DNA of 64,000 nucleotides from Actinomycetes bacterium (GTDB lineage Bacteria; Actinomycetota; Actinomycetes; Prado026): assembly GCA_038210415.1 (NCBI GenBank), contig JBBQWS010000001.1:11200-75199 (forward strand), written 5' to 3'. Every line of letters starts with the position of its first letter. The first letter of the stretch is position 1. Shown one piece after another: positions 1 to 10,941 of this stretch. A model generated the notes under the pieces. It ran no database searches. It saw only the letters and a program-made list of their open reading frames with translations, and had not been told where the DNA came from. Position numbers and translations under genes: made by a program.

Positions 1-227
1 ATCTCGCACATGCCCTGGGCATCGACGCCGTCGCCGAGGGGGTCGAGACCGAGGAGGTCTGGGACCTCCTCGAGGACCTCGGCTGCGACAGCGCCCAGGG
101 CTGGTACGTCAGCCGGCCGATGGCGGCCGACCGGGCCACAGAGTGGTTGCTCCGGCACCCGAGCCGGTCGCGGTCGCTGCGGGTGCTCCGCGGGGGGGTC
201 CCGGAGGTGTCGGCCGGTCCGGCCTGA
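1..227 (+). CDS. 3' end of an EAL-domain (c-di-GMP phosphodiesterase type) protein; the 5' part lies outside the window
   Basis: Frame 3 reads [49 protein letters not shown]. This is colinear with the EAL C-terminus of the next gene ([41 protein letters not shown]). TGA at 225-227. Track ORF 10..792 is a different, non-coding frame. Confidence 0.75.
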   Translation, partial: LAHALGIDAVAEGVETEEVWDLLEDLGCDSAQGWYVSRPMAADRATEWLLRHPSRSRSLRVLRGGVPEVSAGPA

Positions 228-302
228 CCCCGACGCATCGGTCAAGGTCAGGGTCCGGTCGGCCGACAAAGGCCAAGGGGGACTGTCGCTGAGGGAGGTT
301 TT

Positions 303-2366
303 GTGGGGGGCACGACCGATCGTCCGTCACTCGCGCGCTTCTCGCTGTTCAGCGCCACCTGGCACCTGTGCGTCTGGCTCGGCTGGGTTCTGGTGGCGTA
401 CTCCGTGGTCCGAGTCGCGCCGTCGGTCGCCCGGATGCCACTGGCGTTCTGGATCATCGCCGCGCTGGCCCTGGTCGGGGAGCTGCGCCCGGTGCGTACC
501 TCCGGGTTCTTCGACCCGCAGGGCACCGTCACCTCGACCGGCTACGTCTTCGCGATCCTGTACGTGTGGGGGTTGTGGCCCGCCGTCGTCCTGCACGCCG
601 CCGCCACCACGTTGTCCGAGCTGCAGAAGCACAAACCGCCTTGGAAGCTGTTCTTCAACGTGGGGCAGTACGCGCTGTCGATCGGCAGTGCCGCCCTGGT
701 GCTGCACGCGGTCGGGCTGGGGGGCGGGCTCGCCGAAGCCGGTCGCGGTCTGCGCGGCTCCGACCTGCCCTGGGTGGTGGCCACCTGGGTGATCTGGTTC
801 CTCGTCAACAATGCGCTCGTGTCTGGCCTGGCGCAGGAGAGCGGCCGCACCTTCTGGACGGAGTTCGCCGACGACATCTGGTTCTACGTCGTGACGACCG
901 CAGCGGTGCTCGCATTGTCGCCGCTGATCGTGCTCGCCGCGTCTGCCAGCGGCTGGTACATCCCGCTCCTGCTGATCCCGATGTTTGCGGTGCACAAGGC
1001 GGCGAAGCTCTCGCTGGTCGAGCAGCACCAGGCGCTGCACGACTCGTTGACCGGGCTGCCCAACCGCAAGTACCTGCACCGGATTCTGGACCATGCGATC
1101 AACTCCCCGGGACAAGAACCGTTCGCCCTGGCGATCCTCGACCTCGACCGGTTCAAGGAGGTCAACGACACCCTGGGCCACGCCGTCGGCGACCGCCTGC
1201 TCGAGCTCGTCGCCAAGCGGATCCGCGGGGCCCTGCGCCCGGGCGACACCGTGGCCCGGCTCGGCGGCGACGAGTTCGCCCTGCACCTCGCTGGCGTCGA
1301 CGGGCAGCAGCACGCGGCCCAGGTCGCCGAACGGATCCGGTCGGCGTTGACCGAGCCGTTCCACCTCGAGGACGTCGTCCTGGAGCTGGAGGCGAGCATC
1401 GGTGTCTCGTACTTCCCCGACCACGGCTCGGACGTCCACGTGCTGATGCAGCGGGCCGACGTCGCCATGTACCTCGCCAAGGGCACCCAGACCGACATCG
1501 AGGTCTACGACCTGGCTCGCGACCACAACTCGACCGACCGGCTCGGTCTGCTGGCGGCCCTGCGCCGTGCGATCGAGGCGGGCGAGCTCGAGCTGCACTA
1601 CCAGCCGAAGGTGGCCCTGGCGGACCGGTCCGTCGTGGGCGTCGAGGCCCTGGTGCGGTGGAACCATCCGGTCCGCGGGTTCATCCCCCCGGACGAGTTC
1701 ATCCCGCTCGCCGAGACGTCCGGCCTGATGCACCAGCTCACCGAGTTCGTCGTCTCGACCGCGCTGGACCAGGCGGCCGCCTGGCGTCGCGACGGCATGC
1801 CGGTCGCGGTGGCGGTCAACGTGTCGGCGCGCGACCTGCACGGTCCCGAGCTGGTCCGGGCCGTACGCCGCTCCCTGGTCCGTACCGGCGTGCCCGCCGA
1901 CCTGCTCAAGCTCGAGCTCACCGAGCGCACGCTGATGGCTCAGCACTCGCGGGTGAGCGAAACCATCGACGGCCTCGAGAAGCTCGGTATCGCCCTCAGC
2001 CTCGACGACTTCGGCACCGGTTACTCGTCGATGTTCATGCTCAAGCGGCTGCCCGTCAGCGAGCTGAAGGTCGACCGGTCGTTCGTCAGCCGCCTCAGCG
2101 AGGGCGGTGAGGACGTGTCGATCGTCCGGACGATCATCGACCTCGCGCACGCGCTCGGCCTGAAGGCCGTCGGCGAGGGCGTCGAGACCGAGGAGATGTG
2201 GGAGGCGCTTGCCGAGCTGGGCTGCGACAGCGCGCAGGGCTGGCTGATCGCCCGCCCGATGCCGGCCGAGCCCGCGACGGCGTGGCTGCGGGAGCGGCTG
2301 CTGGCCTTCCCGGCCGAGGCGAGCGGCACCGGCCGGATCCGGCTGCTGGCCGCGGACACCGCGTAG
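303..2366 (+). CDS. Membrane-anchored GGDEF/EAL protein (diguanylate cyclase/phosphodiesterase)
   Basis: 687-aa ORF. The N-terminal ~230 aa are hydrophobic (multi-TM). GGDEF domain with [12 protein letters not shown] domain with [15 protein letters not shown] and EGVETEE. GTG start at 303, preceded by GGGAGG at 293-298. Confidence 0.9.
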   Translation: MGGTTDRPSLARFSLFSATWHLCVWLGWVLVAYSVVRVAPSVARMPLAFWIIAALALVGELRPVRTSGFFDPQGTVTSTGYVFAILYVWGLWPAVVLHAAATTLSELQKHKPPWKLFFNVGQYALSIGSAALVLHAVGLGGGLAEAGRGLRGSDLPWVVATWVIWFLVNNALVSGLAQESGRTFWTEFADDIWFYVVTTAAVLALSPLIVLAASASGWYIPLLLIPMFAVHKAAKLSLVEQHQALHDSLTGLPNRKYLHRILDHAINSPGQEPFALAILDLDRFKEVNDTLGHAVGDRLLELVAKRIRGALRPGDTVARLGGDEFALHLAGVDGQQHAAQVAERIRSALTEPFHLEDVVLELEASIGVSYFPDHGSDVHVLMQRADVAMYLAKGTQTDIEVYDLARDHNSTDRLGLLAALRRAIEAGELELHYQPKVALADRSVVGVEALVRWNHPVRGFIPPDEFIPLAETSGLMHQLTEFVVSTALDQAAAWRRDGMPVAVAVNVSARDLHGPELVRAVRRSLVRTGVPADLLKLELTERTLMAQHSRVSETIDGLEKLGIALSLDDFGTGYSSMFMLKRLPVSELKVDRSFVSRLSEGGEDVSIVRTIIDLAHALGLKAVGEGVETEEMWEALAELGCDSAQGWLIARPMPAEPATAWLRERLLAFPAEASGTGRIRLLAADTA

Positions 2367-2434
2367 CGACCGACGCCTAGGATGGGCCTCGCGTCCGTCC
2401 ACCGTCCCCGCCTTCGACAGGAGCGGTTCCTGCC

Positions 2435-2734
2435 ATGCCGTCGATCACCCCCGCCGAGGTGGCCCACCTCGCCCGGCTGGCCCGGCTCGACCTCCCGCCG
2501 GACCACCTAGCGCGCCTCGCCGGCGAGCTCGACGTGATCCTGGCGTCGGTGGCCAAGGTCGGCGAGGTCGCGACGGCGGACATCCCGCCGACGTCGCACC
2601 CGCTGCCGCTGACCAACGTGTTCCGCGCCGACGTCGTCCACGCCTGTCTCACGCCGGACGAGGCGCTCGCCGCTGCTCCGAGCGTCGAGGCCGGCCGGTT
2701 CCGGGTGCCGCGCATCCTGGACGAGGAAGCATGA
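2435..2734 (+). CDS. gatC: Asp/Glu-tRNA(Asn/Gln) amidotransferase subunit C
   Basis: 99 aa, [20 protein letters not shown]...; typical GatC. 4-nt ATGA overlap with gatA. Confidence 0.92.
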   Translation: MPSITPAEVAHLARLARLDLPPDHLARLAGELDVILASVAKVGEVATADIPPTSHPLPLTNVFRADVVHACLTPDEALAAAPSVEAGRFRVPRILDEEA

Positions 2735-4224
2735 CCGGGCTGACCCGCCGCACCGCCGCCGACCTCGCTGCGGTCGTCGCGTCAGGCGAGGCGTCCGCGG
2801 TCGAAGTCACCCGGGCGCACCTCGACCGGATCGCCGCGGTCGACGCCGGCGTGCACGCGTTCCTGCACGTGGACGCCGACGGCGCGCTCGCGGCTGCAGC
2901 CGCGGTCGACGCCTCGCGGGCGGCCGGCGTGCCGCTCGGGCCGCTGGCGGGCGTCCCGCTCGCCCTCAAGGACGTCCTGACGATGCGGGGGATCCCGACG
3001 ACGTGCGGCTCCCGGATCCTGCAGGGCTGGCGGCCCCCGTACGACGCGACGGTGACCAGCCGGCTCAAGGCGGCCGGGGTGGTCATCCTCGGCAAGACCA
3101 ACATGGACGAGTTCGCGATGGGGTCGTCGACCGAGCACTCGGCGTACGGCCCGACCCACAACCCCTGGGACCTCGACCGGATCCCCGGCGGCTCCGGCGG
3201 CGGCTCCGCGGCGGCGATCGCCGCGTTCGAGGCCCCGCTGGCGATCGGCACCGACACCGGCGGCTCGATCCGGCAGCCGGCAGCGGTCACCGGCACGGTC
3301 GGCGTCAAGCCGACCTACGGCGGGGTCTCGAGGTACGGCCTCGTGGCCCTCGCGTCGTCGCTCGACCAGGCCGGGCCGTGCGCGCGCACCGTTCTCGACG
3401 CAGCACTGCTGCACGCGGTCATCGCCGGGCATGACCCGCTCGACTCGACGTCCATCGATGCCCCGGTGCCCGCCGTCGTGGAGGCGGCGCTGACCGCCGA
3501 CGTCCGGGGCATGCGCGTCGGCGTGGTGCGCGAGCTGACCGGTGAGGGCTACCAGGCCGGTGTCCAGCAACGGTTCGACGAGGCGGTGGCGCTGCTCGCC
3601 GGGCTCGGTGCGGACGTCGTCGAGGTGTCGTGCCCGCACTTCCCGTACGCCCTGGCCGCGTACTACCTGATCCTTCCGAGCGAGGCGTCGTCCAATCTCG
3701 CGAAGTTCGACGGCATGCGGTTCGGGCTGCGCGCCGGCGACGACGGCAGCCACTCCGTCGAGGAGGTCATGGGGCTGACCCGCGCCGAGGGCTTCGGCGA
3801 CGAGGTGATCCGCCGGATCATGCTCGGCACGTACGCCCTCTCGGCGGGCTACTACGACGCCTACTACGGCTCGGCCCAGAAGGTCCGCACGCTGATCACG
3901 CGCGACTTCGCCGCGGCTTTCGAGCAGGTCGACGTCCTGGTGTCGCCGACGGCACCGACGACTGCGTTCAAGCTGGGTGAGAAGCTCGACGACCCGCTCG
4001 CGATGTACCTCAACGACATCGCGACCATCCCGGCCAACCTGGCCGGCACCCCCGGGATGTCGTTGCCCGTGGGGCTCGCACCGCAGGACGGCCTCCCGGT
4101 CGGGCTGCAGATCATGGCGCCGGTGATGGCCGACGACCGGCTCTACCGGGTCGGTGCCGCTCTCGAAGCCGCACTGCTGTCGCGCTGGGGCGCGCCGATC
4201 CTCGAAGGGGCACCGGTCCTGTGA
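2731..4224 (+). CDS. gatA: Asp/Glu-tRNA(Asn/Gln) amidotransferase subunit A
   Basis: 497 aa with the amidase signature [13 protein letters not shown]...[13 protein letters not shown]. Positioned between gatC and gatB. Confidence 0.95.
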   Translation: MTGLTRRTAADLAAVVASGEASAVEVTRAHLDRIAAVDAGVHAFLHVDADGALAAAAAVDASRAAGVPLGPLAGVPLALKDVLTMRGIPTTCGSRILQGWRPPYDATVTSRLKAAGVVILGKTNMDEFAMGSSTEHSAYGPTHNPWDLDRIPGGSGGGSAAAIAAFEAPLAIGTDTGGSIRQPAAVTGTVGVKPTYGGVSRYGLVALASSLDQAGPCARTVLDAALLHAVIAGHDPLDSTSIDAPVPAVVEAALTADVRGMRVGVVRELTGEGYQAGVQQRFDEAVALLAGLGADVVEVSCPHFPYALAAYYLILPSEASSNLAKFDGMRFGLRAGDDGSHSVEEVMGLTRAEGFGDEVIRRIMLGTYALSAGYYDAYYGSAQKVRTLITRDFAAAFEQVDVLVSPTAPTTAFKLGEKLDDPLAMYLNDIATIPANLAGTPGMSLPVGLAPQDGLPVGLQIMAPVMADDRLYRVGAALEAALLSRWGAPILEGAPVL

Positions 4225-5795
4225 GCACCGACCTTCCCGTGGTCACCGACATCCCGGTGGGCGACGCCGCTTCGACCCGCGCCGTCGAGGCGCTGATGCC
4301 GTACGACGAGGTGGTTCGTACCTTTGACCCCGTCCTCGGCCTGGAGGTCCACGTCGAGCTCGGCACCGCCACCAAGATGTTCTGCGGCTGCCCGACCGAG
4401 TTCGGTGCCGAGCCGAACACCCAGGTCTGCCCGACCTGCCTGGGACTGCCCGGCTCGCTCCCGGTCGTCAACGCGGTCGCCGTCGAGTCGGCCATCCGGA
4501 TCGGCCTCGCCCTCAACTGCGACATCGCCGAGTGGTGCCGGTTCGCGCGAAAGAACTACTTCTATCCGGACATGCCGAAGAACTACCAGGTGTCGCAGTA
4601 CGACGAGCCGATCGCCACCAACGGGTACCTCGACATCGAGGTGCCCACCCCAGACGGCCCGCGATCGTTCCGGATCGAGATCGAGCGTGCCCATATGGAG
4701 GAGGACACCGGCAAGACCTCCCACCTGGGCAGCGACACCGGACGCATCCTCGGCGCCGACTACTCCCTGGTCGACTACAACCGGGCGGGCATCCCGCTGA
4801 TCGAGGTGGTCACCAAGCCGATCGCTGGCATCGGTGAGCTCGCACCCGACGTCGCGAAGGCGTACGTCGGCGAGCTGCGCGCGCTGATGCAGGCCCTCGG
4901 CGTCTCCGACGCGCACATGCACCAAGGCTCGCTGCGCTGCGACGTGAACCTCTCGCTGCGGTCGTCCCCCGATGCCCCTCTCGGCACCCGGTCCGAGACC
5001 AAGAACGTCAACTCGCTGCGCTCGGTCGAGCGGGCCACCCGGTTCGAGATGCAGCGGCACGCCGCGCGGCTCGCTGCGGGGCTGTCGATCGTCCAGGAGA
5101 CCCGGCACTGGAGCGAGGCGCTGGGCAGCTCGAGCTCGGGTCGCAGCAAGGAGCAGGCTGAGGACTACCGCTACTTCCCCGAGCCCGACCTCGTGCCAGT
5201 CGCACCCTCCCGGGAGTGGGTGGCCGAACTCGCCGAGACGCTGCCCGAGCTGCCCTCGGCCCACCGTCGGCGCCTGCAGGCCGACTGGGGTCTGACCGAC
5301 CTCGAGCTGAGCGCTGCGGTGAACGCCGGCGCGTTGGGGCCGATCGAGGCGACGGTGGCTGACGGCGCCGACGCGGCAGCGGCCCGCAAGTGGTGGCTCG
5401 GCGAGCTGTCGCGGCTGGCGAACGAGCGGGGCGTCGATGTCGGCGACCTGCCGATCTTCCCGCGCGACGTCGCCCGGGTCATCGCGCTGGTCGACTCCGG
5501 CGCGCTGACCGACAAGCTGGCCCGACAGGTCGTCGAGGGGGTCCTCGCGGGTGCGGGCTCGCCCGACGAGGTCGTCGCCGCCCGCGGGTTCAAGGTCGTG
5601 AGCGACGACGGGCCGTTGCTGGCCGCCATCGATGCGGCTATCGCCGCGAACCCCGACGTGACGGCGAAGATCCTCGACGGCAAGGTGGCCGCGGCCGGAG
5701 CGATCATCGGTGCCGTGATGAAGGCCACCGGTGGCCAGGCCGACGCGGCCAAGGTCCGCGAGCTGCTCCTCAACAGGCTCGGCCTCACCCCCTAA
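4221..5795 (+). CDS. gatB: Asp/Glu-tRNA(Asn/Gln) amidotransferase subunit B
   Basis: 524 aa with [23 protein letters not shown] and a C-terminal GatB/YqeY region. GTGA overlap with gatA. Confidence 0.95.
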   Translation: MSTDLPVVTDIPVGDAASTRAVEALMPYDEVVRTFDPVLGLEVHVELGTATKMFCGCPTEFGAEPNTQVCPTCLGLPGSLPVVNAVAVESAIRIGLALNCDIAEWCRFARKNYFYPDMPKNYQVSQYDEPIATNGYLDIEVPTPDGPRSFRIEIERAHMEEDTGKTSHLGSDTGRILGADYSLVDYNRAGIPLIEVVTKPIAGIGELAPDVAKAYVGELRALMQALGVSDAHMHQGSLRCDVNLSLRSSPDAPLGTRSETKNVNSLRSVERATRFEMQRHAARLAAGLSIVQETRHWSEALGSSSSGRSKEQAEDYRYFPEPDLVPVAPSREWVAELAETLPELPSAHRRRLQADWGLTDLELSAAVNAGALGPIEATVADGADAAAARKWWLGELSRLANERGVDVGDLPIFPRDVARVIALVDSGALTDKLARQVVEGVLAGAGSPDEVVAARGFKVVSDDGPLLAAIDAAIAANPDVTAKILDGKVAAAGAIIGAVMKATGGQADAAKVRELLLNRLGLTP

Positions 5796-5856
5796 ACCCT
5801 TCCCTCCGGAACCCCTCGCCCCCCACCCGGACCCCCTCACCCGGACCCCCCCACCC

Positions 5857-5997
5857 CGCCACAAGGGTCCCCGGATGCCACTAGGCCGCAGTAGTGGACC
5901 ACCCATCGGCCCACCGTCGGCTCGAGTGGGTCGAGTAGCACCGAGCGATGAGTGCCGCGCGACTGCGGCCTAGTGGCATCAGGGGACCCTTGTGGCG
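5857..5997. repeat. Palindromic intergenic element, copy 1 (35-nt inverted arms, 71-nt spacer) between convergent gatB and ppc
   Basis: Left arm 5857-5891 is cgccacaagggtccc-cggat-gccactag-gccgcag. Right arm 5963-5997 is its reverse complement with 1 mismatch (34/35). A C-rich tract lies upstream (5797-5856) and a G-rich tract downstream (5998-6018). A second copy is at 27602-27720. Confidence 0.85.
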
Positions 5998-6018
5998 CAA
6001 CGGGGGGGAAGGGGTGGG

Positions 6019-8748
6019 TCAGCCGGTGTTGCGGAGGCCGGCGGCGATTCCGTTGACGGTGAGCAGCAGGGCCCGTTGCAGGTCCTCGTCCGGGTCGCCT
6101 TCGACCCGGAAACGTCGCAGCAGCGAACGCTGCAGGTCGTGTAACGGAGCGAGGTAGGCCTCGCGGACCTCCAGCGTCCGGCGCAGCCTCGGGTTGCCTC
6201 CGACGAGCTTCACCTCGCCGGTGAGCCGCAGGATCTCTCGAAGGGTGCGGTCGTTCTCGGCTTCGATGAGGGCGAACGGCTCACGAAGCGCCGGGGCCAC
6301 GAGCGACTCGACGTACCCCCGGGCGATCCGCAGATCGGTCTTCTGCAGGGTCATCTCGACGTTGGAGATGAACGTCCGGAAGAAGTGCCAGTCGCGGTAC
6401 ATCTCGGTGAGGGTGTCGTCGAGCCCCGCCGCGCGCGCCGCCGCCAGCCCGGCCCCGACGCCGTACCAGCCCGGGACGATCTGCCGTGACTGGGTCCAGC
6501 CGAACACCCACGGGATGGCTCGCAGACCCTCGATCCCGCCCCCGCTGTCCGGACGCCGGGACGGCCGGGACCCCAGCTGCAGGGCGCCGAGCTGGTCGGT
6601 GGGCGTCGACTGCAGGAAGTACTCGGGCAGGCTGGGGTGGTCGACCAGCTCGCGGTACGCCGTGAAGGCCGCCCCGGACAGCACGTCCATCGCCCCGGCG
6701 AAGACATCGAGAACGGCGTCGGCCTGCCGCGGCCGGGTGTGCAGCAGGGTCGCCTCGAGGGCGGCGCCGAGGGTGAGCTCGAGGTGCTCGCGGGCGAGGG
6801 CGGGCAGCGAGTACTTGTCCGAGATGACCTCACCCTGCTCCGTCACCTTGACGGCGCCGTCGAGCGTTCCCCAGGGCAGGGCCAGCAGCGCGTCGCGGGT
6901 GGGACCCCCGCCGCGCCCTACGCTGCCGCCCCGGCCGTGGAAGAAGACCAGCCGGACGCCGTGCCGGGCGGCGACCGTCCGGAGCCGCCCCTGGGCGCGG
7001 TGGATCTCCCACTGGGCCGTCGCGATGCCCGCCGCCTTGTTGGAGTCGCTGTAGCCGAGCATCACCTCCTGCTCGTCCCCGCGCAGCACCACGAGCTCGC
7101 GGTAGGCCGGCTGGCTGAGGAGGTCGTCGAGCACCTGGTCGGCCGCCCGCAGCTCCTCGACGGTCTCCAGCAGCGGTACGAACCCCAGCCGCGCTCGTCC
7201 CCCCGCGAGGTCGACCAGGCCGGCCTCCCGGGCGAGCACGACAGCGGCGAGCACGTCGTCGGCGCCCCGGGTCATCGACACGATGTACGTCTGGACACAG
7301 CTGGCCCCGTAGGTGTCCTGGGCATCGCGAATCGCCTCGAAGACCGCGTAGGTCGCCCGCTCGGTGCCGGTGAGCGGGGTGGGGTCTCCGGCGAGCGGAC
7401 GACGCGAGGCGAGCTCTCGGCCCAACAGGGCCAGCCGGTGCTCGCGCGGGAGGTCGAGGTAGCGCCACCCCTGCTCGCCGAGCCGGTCCACGAGCGCGCC
7501 TACGGCAGCGTGGTGCGCGTCGGCGTGCTCGCGGACGTCCATGGCGGCCAGGCCGAGTCCGAAGGCCGACAGGGTGCGCATCGCGCGCTCGACCGAGCCG
7601 TGGGCGATGTACGAGCCGCGGTTGGCGAGGAGGGAGTCGCGCAGCAGGGCCAAGTCGTCGAGCAGACCGTCGACGTCGGCGTAGTCGCGGCCGGGCTGCA
7701 CGGGCCGACCGGTGGCGATCCGGGCCCGGGTGCCGAGCAGCTTGCGCTGGATGCAGGTGGCCTTGAGCCGGTACGGCTCGTCGGCGTTCAGCCGCAGGTA
7801 ACGCGCATCGACCTCAGGGAGGGCGGCCAGGTCGGCGGCCAGCGAGTCGCGGAGCGCGGCGCTGACCGGGGCCAGCCGGGTCGACGACGAGAGCTCCTGG
7901 CGGAGCTGGTCGACGGCGTCCAGGGCCACCCGGATGGCGTGCTCGTGCTGAAGCTCGAGCACCTCGAGCGACACGGCTGCGGTGACGCCAGGGTTGCCGT
8001 CCCGGTCACCGCCGATCCAGGTGCCGAAGGCGAGCGGCCGGGCGGTCGGCGGCAGAGGGGCGCCCAGCGACCCAAGGTGGTCGGCGAGCTCGTCCAGCAC
8101 CTCGGGCACCGCGTCGCGGGCGAGCTGCTCGAGGTAGTAGATGGCGTTGCGGGCCTCGTCGAGGACGTCCGGCCGGGCCACTCGGAGGTCGTCGCTCTGC
8201 CACAACGACTCGATGACCTCGGCGAGACGGCGGTCGGTGCGGGCGCCGGGCTCTTCGTCGAGCAGCTCGGCGATCCGGCCGAGCTTGGCGAGGGTCGTCC
8301 GCCGGGCCGCCTCGGTGGGGTGGGCGGTGAAGACCGGACGGACAGCGAGCCGGCTGACCGCTGCCCGGATCTCGTCAGGGGCGACGTCGGCCGCCCGCAC
8401 CGCGTCGGCGGCCCGCGCCAGCCAGCTGCCCTGCTCGCGGCGGACGACCGCGAGCTCTCGGCCCCGGTGCACCTGCTCGCTCACGTTGGCCAGGTGGAAG
8501 TAGGTCGCGAAGGCTCGGGCCAGGCGGCTCGCCGTGGGCAGGTCGACCGCGCTGAGCAGTCGCTCCGCAGCGGCGGGGTCCTCGCGGCTGAGCAGCCGCA
8601 CGGACTCGACGAGAGCCAGCAGCTCGGGGCCTTCCTGGCGCACGAGGGTGTCGCCGAGGATCGAGCCGAGGTGTCGGATGTCGGCGCGCAGCCGTGCATC
8701 GTCGGCAGCGGAGTCGCCGAGGGAGTCGTGCACGGCTTCGGTGGTCAC
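6019..8748 (-). CDS. ppc: Phosphoenolpyruvate carboxylase
   Basis: C-terminus ...[10 protein letters not shown] is the PEPC hallmark; also TAHPTE and GYSDSNK motifs. I place the start at the GTG whose complement is 8746-8748 (VTTEAVHD...), with GGAAG upstream. The track ORF extends to 9345, but that extension overlaps the next gene. Confidence 0.9.
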   Translation of the reverse strand: MTTEAVHDSLGDSAADDARLRADIRHLGSILGDTLVRQEGPELLALVESVRLLSREDPAAAERLLSAVDLPTASRLARAFATYFHLANVSEQVHRGRELAVVRREQGSWLARAADAVRAADVAPDEIRAAVSRLAVRPVFTAHPTEAARRTTLAKLGRIAELLDEEPGARTDRRLAEVIESLWQSDDLRVARPDVLDEARNAIYYLEQLARDAVPEVLDELADHLGSLGAPLPPTARPLAFGTWIGGDRDGNPGVTAAVSLEVLELQHEHAIRVALDAVDQLRQELSSSTRLAPVSAALRDSLAADLAALPEVDARYLRLNADEPYRLKATCIQRKLLGTRARIATGRPVQPGRDYADVDGLLDDLALLRDSLLANRGSYIAHGSVERAMRTLSAFGLGLAAMDVREHADAHHAAVGALVDRLGEQGWRYLDLPREHRLALLGRELASRRPLAGDPTPLTGTERATYAVFEAIRDAQDTYGASCVQTYIVSMTRGADDVLAAVVLAREAGLVDLAGGRARLGFVPLLETVEELRAADQVLDDLLSQPAYRELVVLRGDEQEVMLGYSDSNKAAGIATAQWEIHRAQGRLRTVAARHGVRLVFFHGRGGSVGRGGGPTRDALLALPWGTLDGAVKVTEQGEVISDKYSLPALAREHLELTLGAALEATLLHTRPRQADAVLDVFAGAMDVLSGAAFTAYRELVDHPSLPEYFLQSTPTDQLGALQLGSRPSRRPDSGGGIEGLRAIPWVFGWTQSRQIVPGWYGVGAGLAAARAAGLDDTLTEMYRDWHFFRTFISNVEMTLQKTDLRIARGYVESLVAPALREPFALIEAENDRTLREILRLTGEVKLVGGNPRLRRTLEVREAYLAPLHDLQRSLLRRFRVEGDPDEDLQRALLLTVNGIAAGLRNTG

Positions 8749-8804
8749 GGGAGTCGCTTCCGGTCGGGAACGGGAGGCGGACCACGCTGTCCGGCCCGTC
8801 CAGT

Positions 8805-9770
8805 CTAGTAGCGGTCGCCCACGGCCGGGGGGAGCGCGTCGAGCGCCGCGAGGTCGGTCGCCGAGAGCGCGAGGGTCGCTGCCGCCACGTTCTCGTCGAC
8901 GCGCTCCGGTCGCCTCGTCCCGGGAATCGGGACGACGCACGGGTTCTGGGCCAGCAGCCACGCCAACGCCACCTGCGCAGCTGTCGCGCCGAGCCGATCG
9001 GCTACGGCCCGGACGCCGTCGACGATGCGGGCGTTGGTTGCCATGGCGGCCGGTGTGAACCTCGGGTTCCCGGACCGGAAGTCGCCCTTGCCGGGCGGCG
9101 GGCCCGTGAGTGCGCCGGTGAGGAAGCCGCGCCCGAGCGGTGCGAACGGCAGGAAGCCTGCGCCGTTGGCCGCGCACCAGGGCAGCACGTCGTCGAGGGC
9201 GCCGCGGGTCCACAACGAGAGCTCGGACTGCACGGTGGCGACCGGGTGGATGGCGTGCGCGCGCCTGAGCTCGTCGACGGACACCTCCGAGAGCCCGAGG
9301 TAGCGGGCCTTTCCGGCGGCGACCACCTCGGCCAGCGCGGCCCACGTCTCCTCGAGGGGGACCGCGGGGTCGACCCGGTGCAGCTGGTAGAGGTCGACGT
9401 GGTCGACGCCGAGCCGGCGTAGCGACGCATCGATGCCGGCTCGCACGTGCTCCGGGCGTGCGTCCCGCCCCACCGCGTAGTCGGGCCCCATCACGAGGCC
9501 GACCTTGGTGGCCAGGACGGCTTCGTCGCGGCGTCCCGCGAGCGCCCGGCCGACGAGCTCTTCATTCGTCCACGGGCCGTAAGCGTCAGCCGTGTCGAGC
9601 AGGGTGACGCCGAGGTCGAGTGCGCGGTGCACCGTCGCGATCGACCGGGCCTCGTCGCGATCCGCCGGGTCGTACGCGTGCGTCATGCCCATGCAGCCGA
9701 GCCCGACCGCACCGACGACGAGCGGCACCGAGCCGGCGGTGGACAGGACCCGGGTGGGCAGCGAGGACAT
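8805..9770 (-). CDS. Aldo/keto reductase family oxidoreductase
   Basis: 321 aa with [28 protein letters not shown] and IPGT near the C-terminus, which is the typical AKR pattern. Confidence 0.85.
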   Translation of the reverse strand: MSSLPTRVLSTAGSVPLVVGAVGLGCMGMTHAYDPADRDEARSIATVHRALDLGVTLLDTADAYGPWTNEELVGRALAGRRDEAVLATKVGLVMGPDYAVGRDARPEHVRAGIDASLRRLGVDHVDLYQLHRVDPAVPLEETWAALAEVVAAGKARYLGLSEVSVDELRRAHAIHPVATVQSELSLWTRGALDDVLPWCAANGAGFLPFAPLGRGFLTGALTGPPPGKGDFRSGNPRFTPAAMATNARIVDGVRAVADRLGATAAQVALAWLLAQNPCVVPIPGTRRPERVDENVAAATLALSATDLAALDALPPAVGDRY

Positions 9771-9827
9771 GGGAGCACGCTATTCGAGGGGGTTCCGTTC
9801 CGCGCTGGCTGGGGTGAGACTGTCCCG

Positions 9828-10922
9828 GTGACCGAGACCCTTGTCCTCGTGGGGACCAAGAAAGGCCTGTTCCTGCTCCGCCGTGAGCCCGGGTCGGACG
9901 GTTGGTCAGTGGGCGACCAGCTGCTCGGGATGCAGGCGATCTACGGGGTGGCCGTCGATACCCGGGGCGACCGACCGCGGCTGTTCGCCTCGACCCACAG
10001 CGAGCACTGGGGTCCGGCGGTGGCCTGGTCGGACGACCTGGGCCGCACCTGGAGCGAGGTGCGTGAGGCGCCGGTCGCCTTCCCGGCCGACGTCGGCGCC
10101 TCGGTCGAGCGGGTGTGGCAGATCCAGCCCGGCCCGGCGAACCAACCGGGGGTGGTGTGGGCCGGCACCGAGCCGGCCGCTCTGTTCCGCTCGACCGACG
10201 GCGGCGAGTCGTACGAGCTGGTCCGGTCGCTGTGGGACCACCCGCACCGGGCGCAGTGGATGCCCGGCTTCGGCGGCCAGGCGCTGCACACGGTCATCCC
10301 GCACCCGACCGATCCGCAGCGTGTCCTGGTCGCGATCTCGGCCGGAGGGGCGTACGCCTCCGACGACGGCGGGGCCAGCTGGACGGCGAGCAACACCGGG
10401 CTCGAGGCGGAGTTCATGCCGCCGGAGCAGCGCTACCCGGAGTTCGGCCAGTGCGTCCACAAGATCGACCGCAGCCCGCTGGACCCCGAGCAGCTTTTCC
10501 TGCAGAACCACGGCGGCGTCTACTGCAGCGTCGACGGCGGGCAGTCCTGGTCGACGATCGATGCCGGGCTGCCGGCGGCCTTCGGGTTCTCGGTGGTCGC
10601 CCACCCGCACCGGCCCGGCACCGCGTACGTCTTCCCCCTCGACAGCTCGGGCCACCGCAACACCCCGAACGCCGAGTGCGCGGTCTATCGCACGAGTGAC
10701 TCCGGGTCGTCGTGGCAGGCGCTCCGACAGGGGCTGCCGGACGGGTTTTATTCGATCGTGCTGCGCGACGCGTTCGCCAGCGACGGAGGCGATCCGCTCG
10801 GGCTCTACTTGGGCACCCGGTCCGGCGAGGTCTTCGGCAGCGCCGACGAGGGTGACTCGTGGGCCCAGCTGGCCGCCCACCTGCCGGACGTGCTGTCGGT
10901 CCGGGCGGCGGTGCTGCGCTGA
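9828..10922 (+). CDS. BNR/Asp-box repeat beta-propeller protein (sialidase-superfamily-like, function unknown)
   Basis: Six Asp-box motifs (SxDxGxxW): [48 protein letters not shown]. Start set at GTG 9828 ([15 protein letters not shown]). The upstream part of the ORF overlaps the AKR gene. Confidence 0.7.
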   Translation: MTETLVLVGTKKGLFLLRREPGSDGWSVGDQLLGMQAIYGVAVDTRGDRPRLFASTHSEHWGPAVAWSDDLGRTWSEVREAPVAFPADVGASVERVWQIQPGPANQPGVVWAGTEPAALFRSTDGGESYELVRSLWDHPHRAQWMPGFGGQALHTVIPHPTDPQRVLVAISAGGAYASDDGGASWTASNTGLEAEFMPPEQRYPEFGQCVHKIDRSPLDPEQLFLQNHGGVYCSVDGGQSWSTIDAGLPAAFGFSVVAHPHRPGTAYVFPLDSSGHRNTPNAECAVYRTSDSGSSWQALRQGLPDGFYSIVLRDAFASDGGDPLGLYLGTRSGEVFGSADEGDSWAQLAAHLPDVLSVRAAVLR

Positions 10923-10941
10923 CGGCCTCTACGCTAGGCCC

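Noticed and set aside
327-2402. 691-aa minus-strand ORF covering the GGDEF/EAL gene
   Set aside because: It is Arg/Gly/Asp/Pro-rich low complexity with no motif. It is exactly antisense to a gene with clear GGDEF and EAL signatures, so it is a typical GC-rich shadow frame.
5731-5973. Pro/His-rich ORFs running through both palindromic elements (5731..5973 and 27164..27673), which share the peptide RHKGP
   Set aside because: The shared peptide is simply the conserved repeat block CGCCACAAGGGTCCC translated. There is no start or RBS context, and the sequence is palindromic non-coding DNA.
8749-9345. 5' extension of the ppc ORF (the track gives 6019..9345)
   Set aside because: The extension overlaps the aldo/keto reductase gene and is Arg/Pro-rich. 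PEPC-like sequence begins only at the GTG at 8748, which has an RBS.
9447-9827. N-terminal extension of the BNR-repeat ORF
   Set aside because: It is antisense to the aldo/keto reductase coding region. The recognisable protein begins at GTG 9828.
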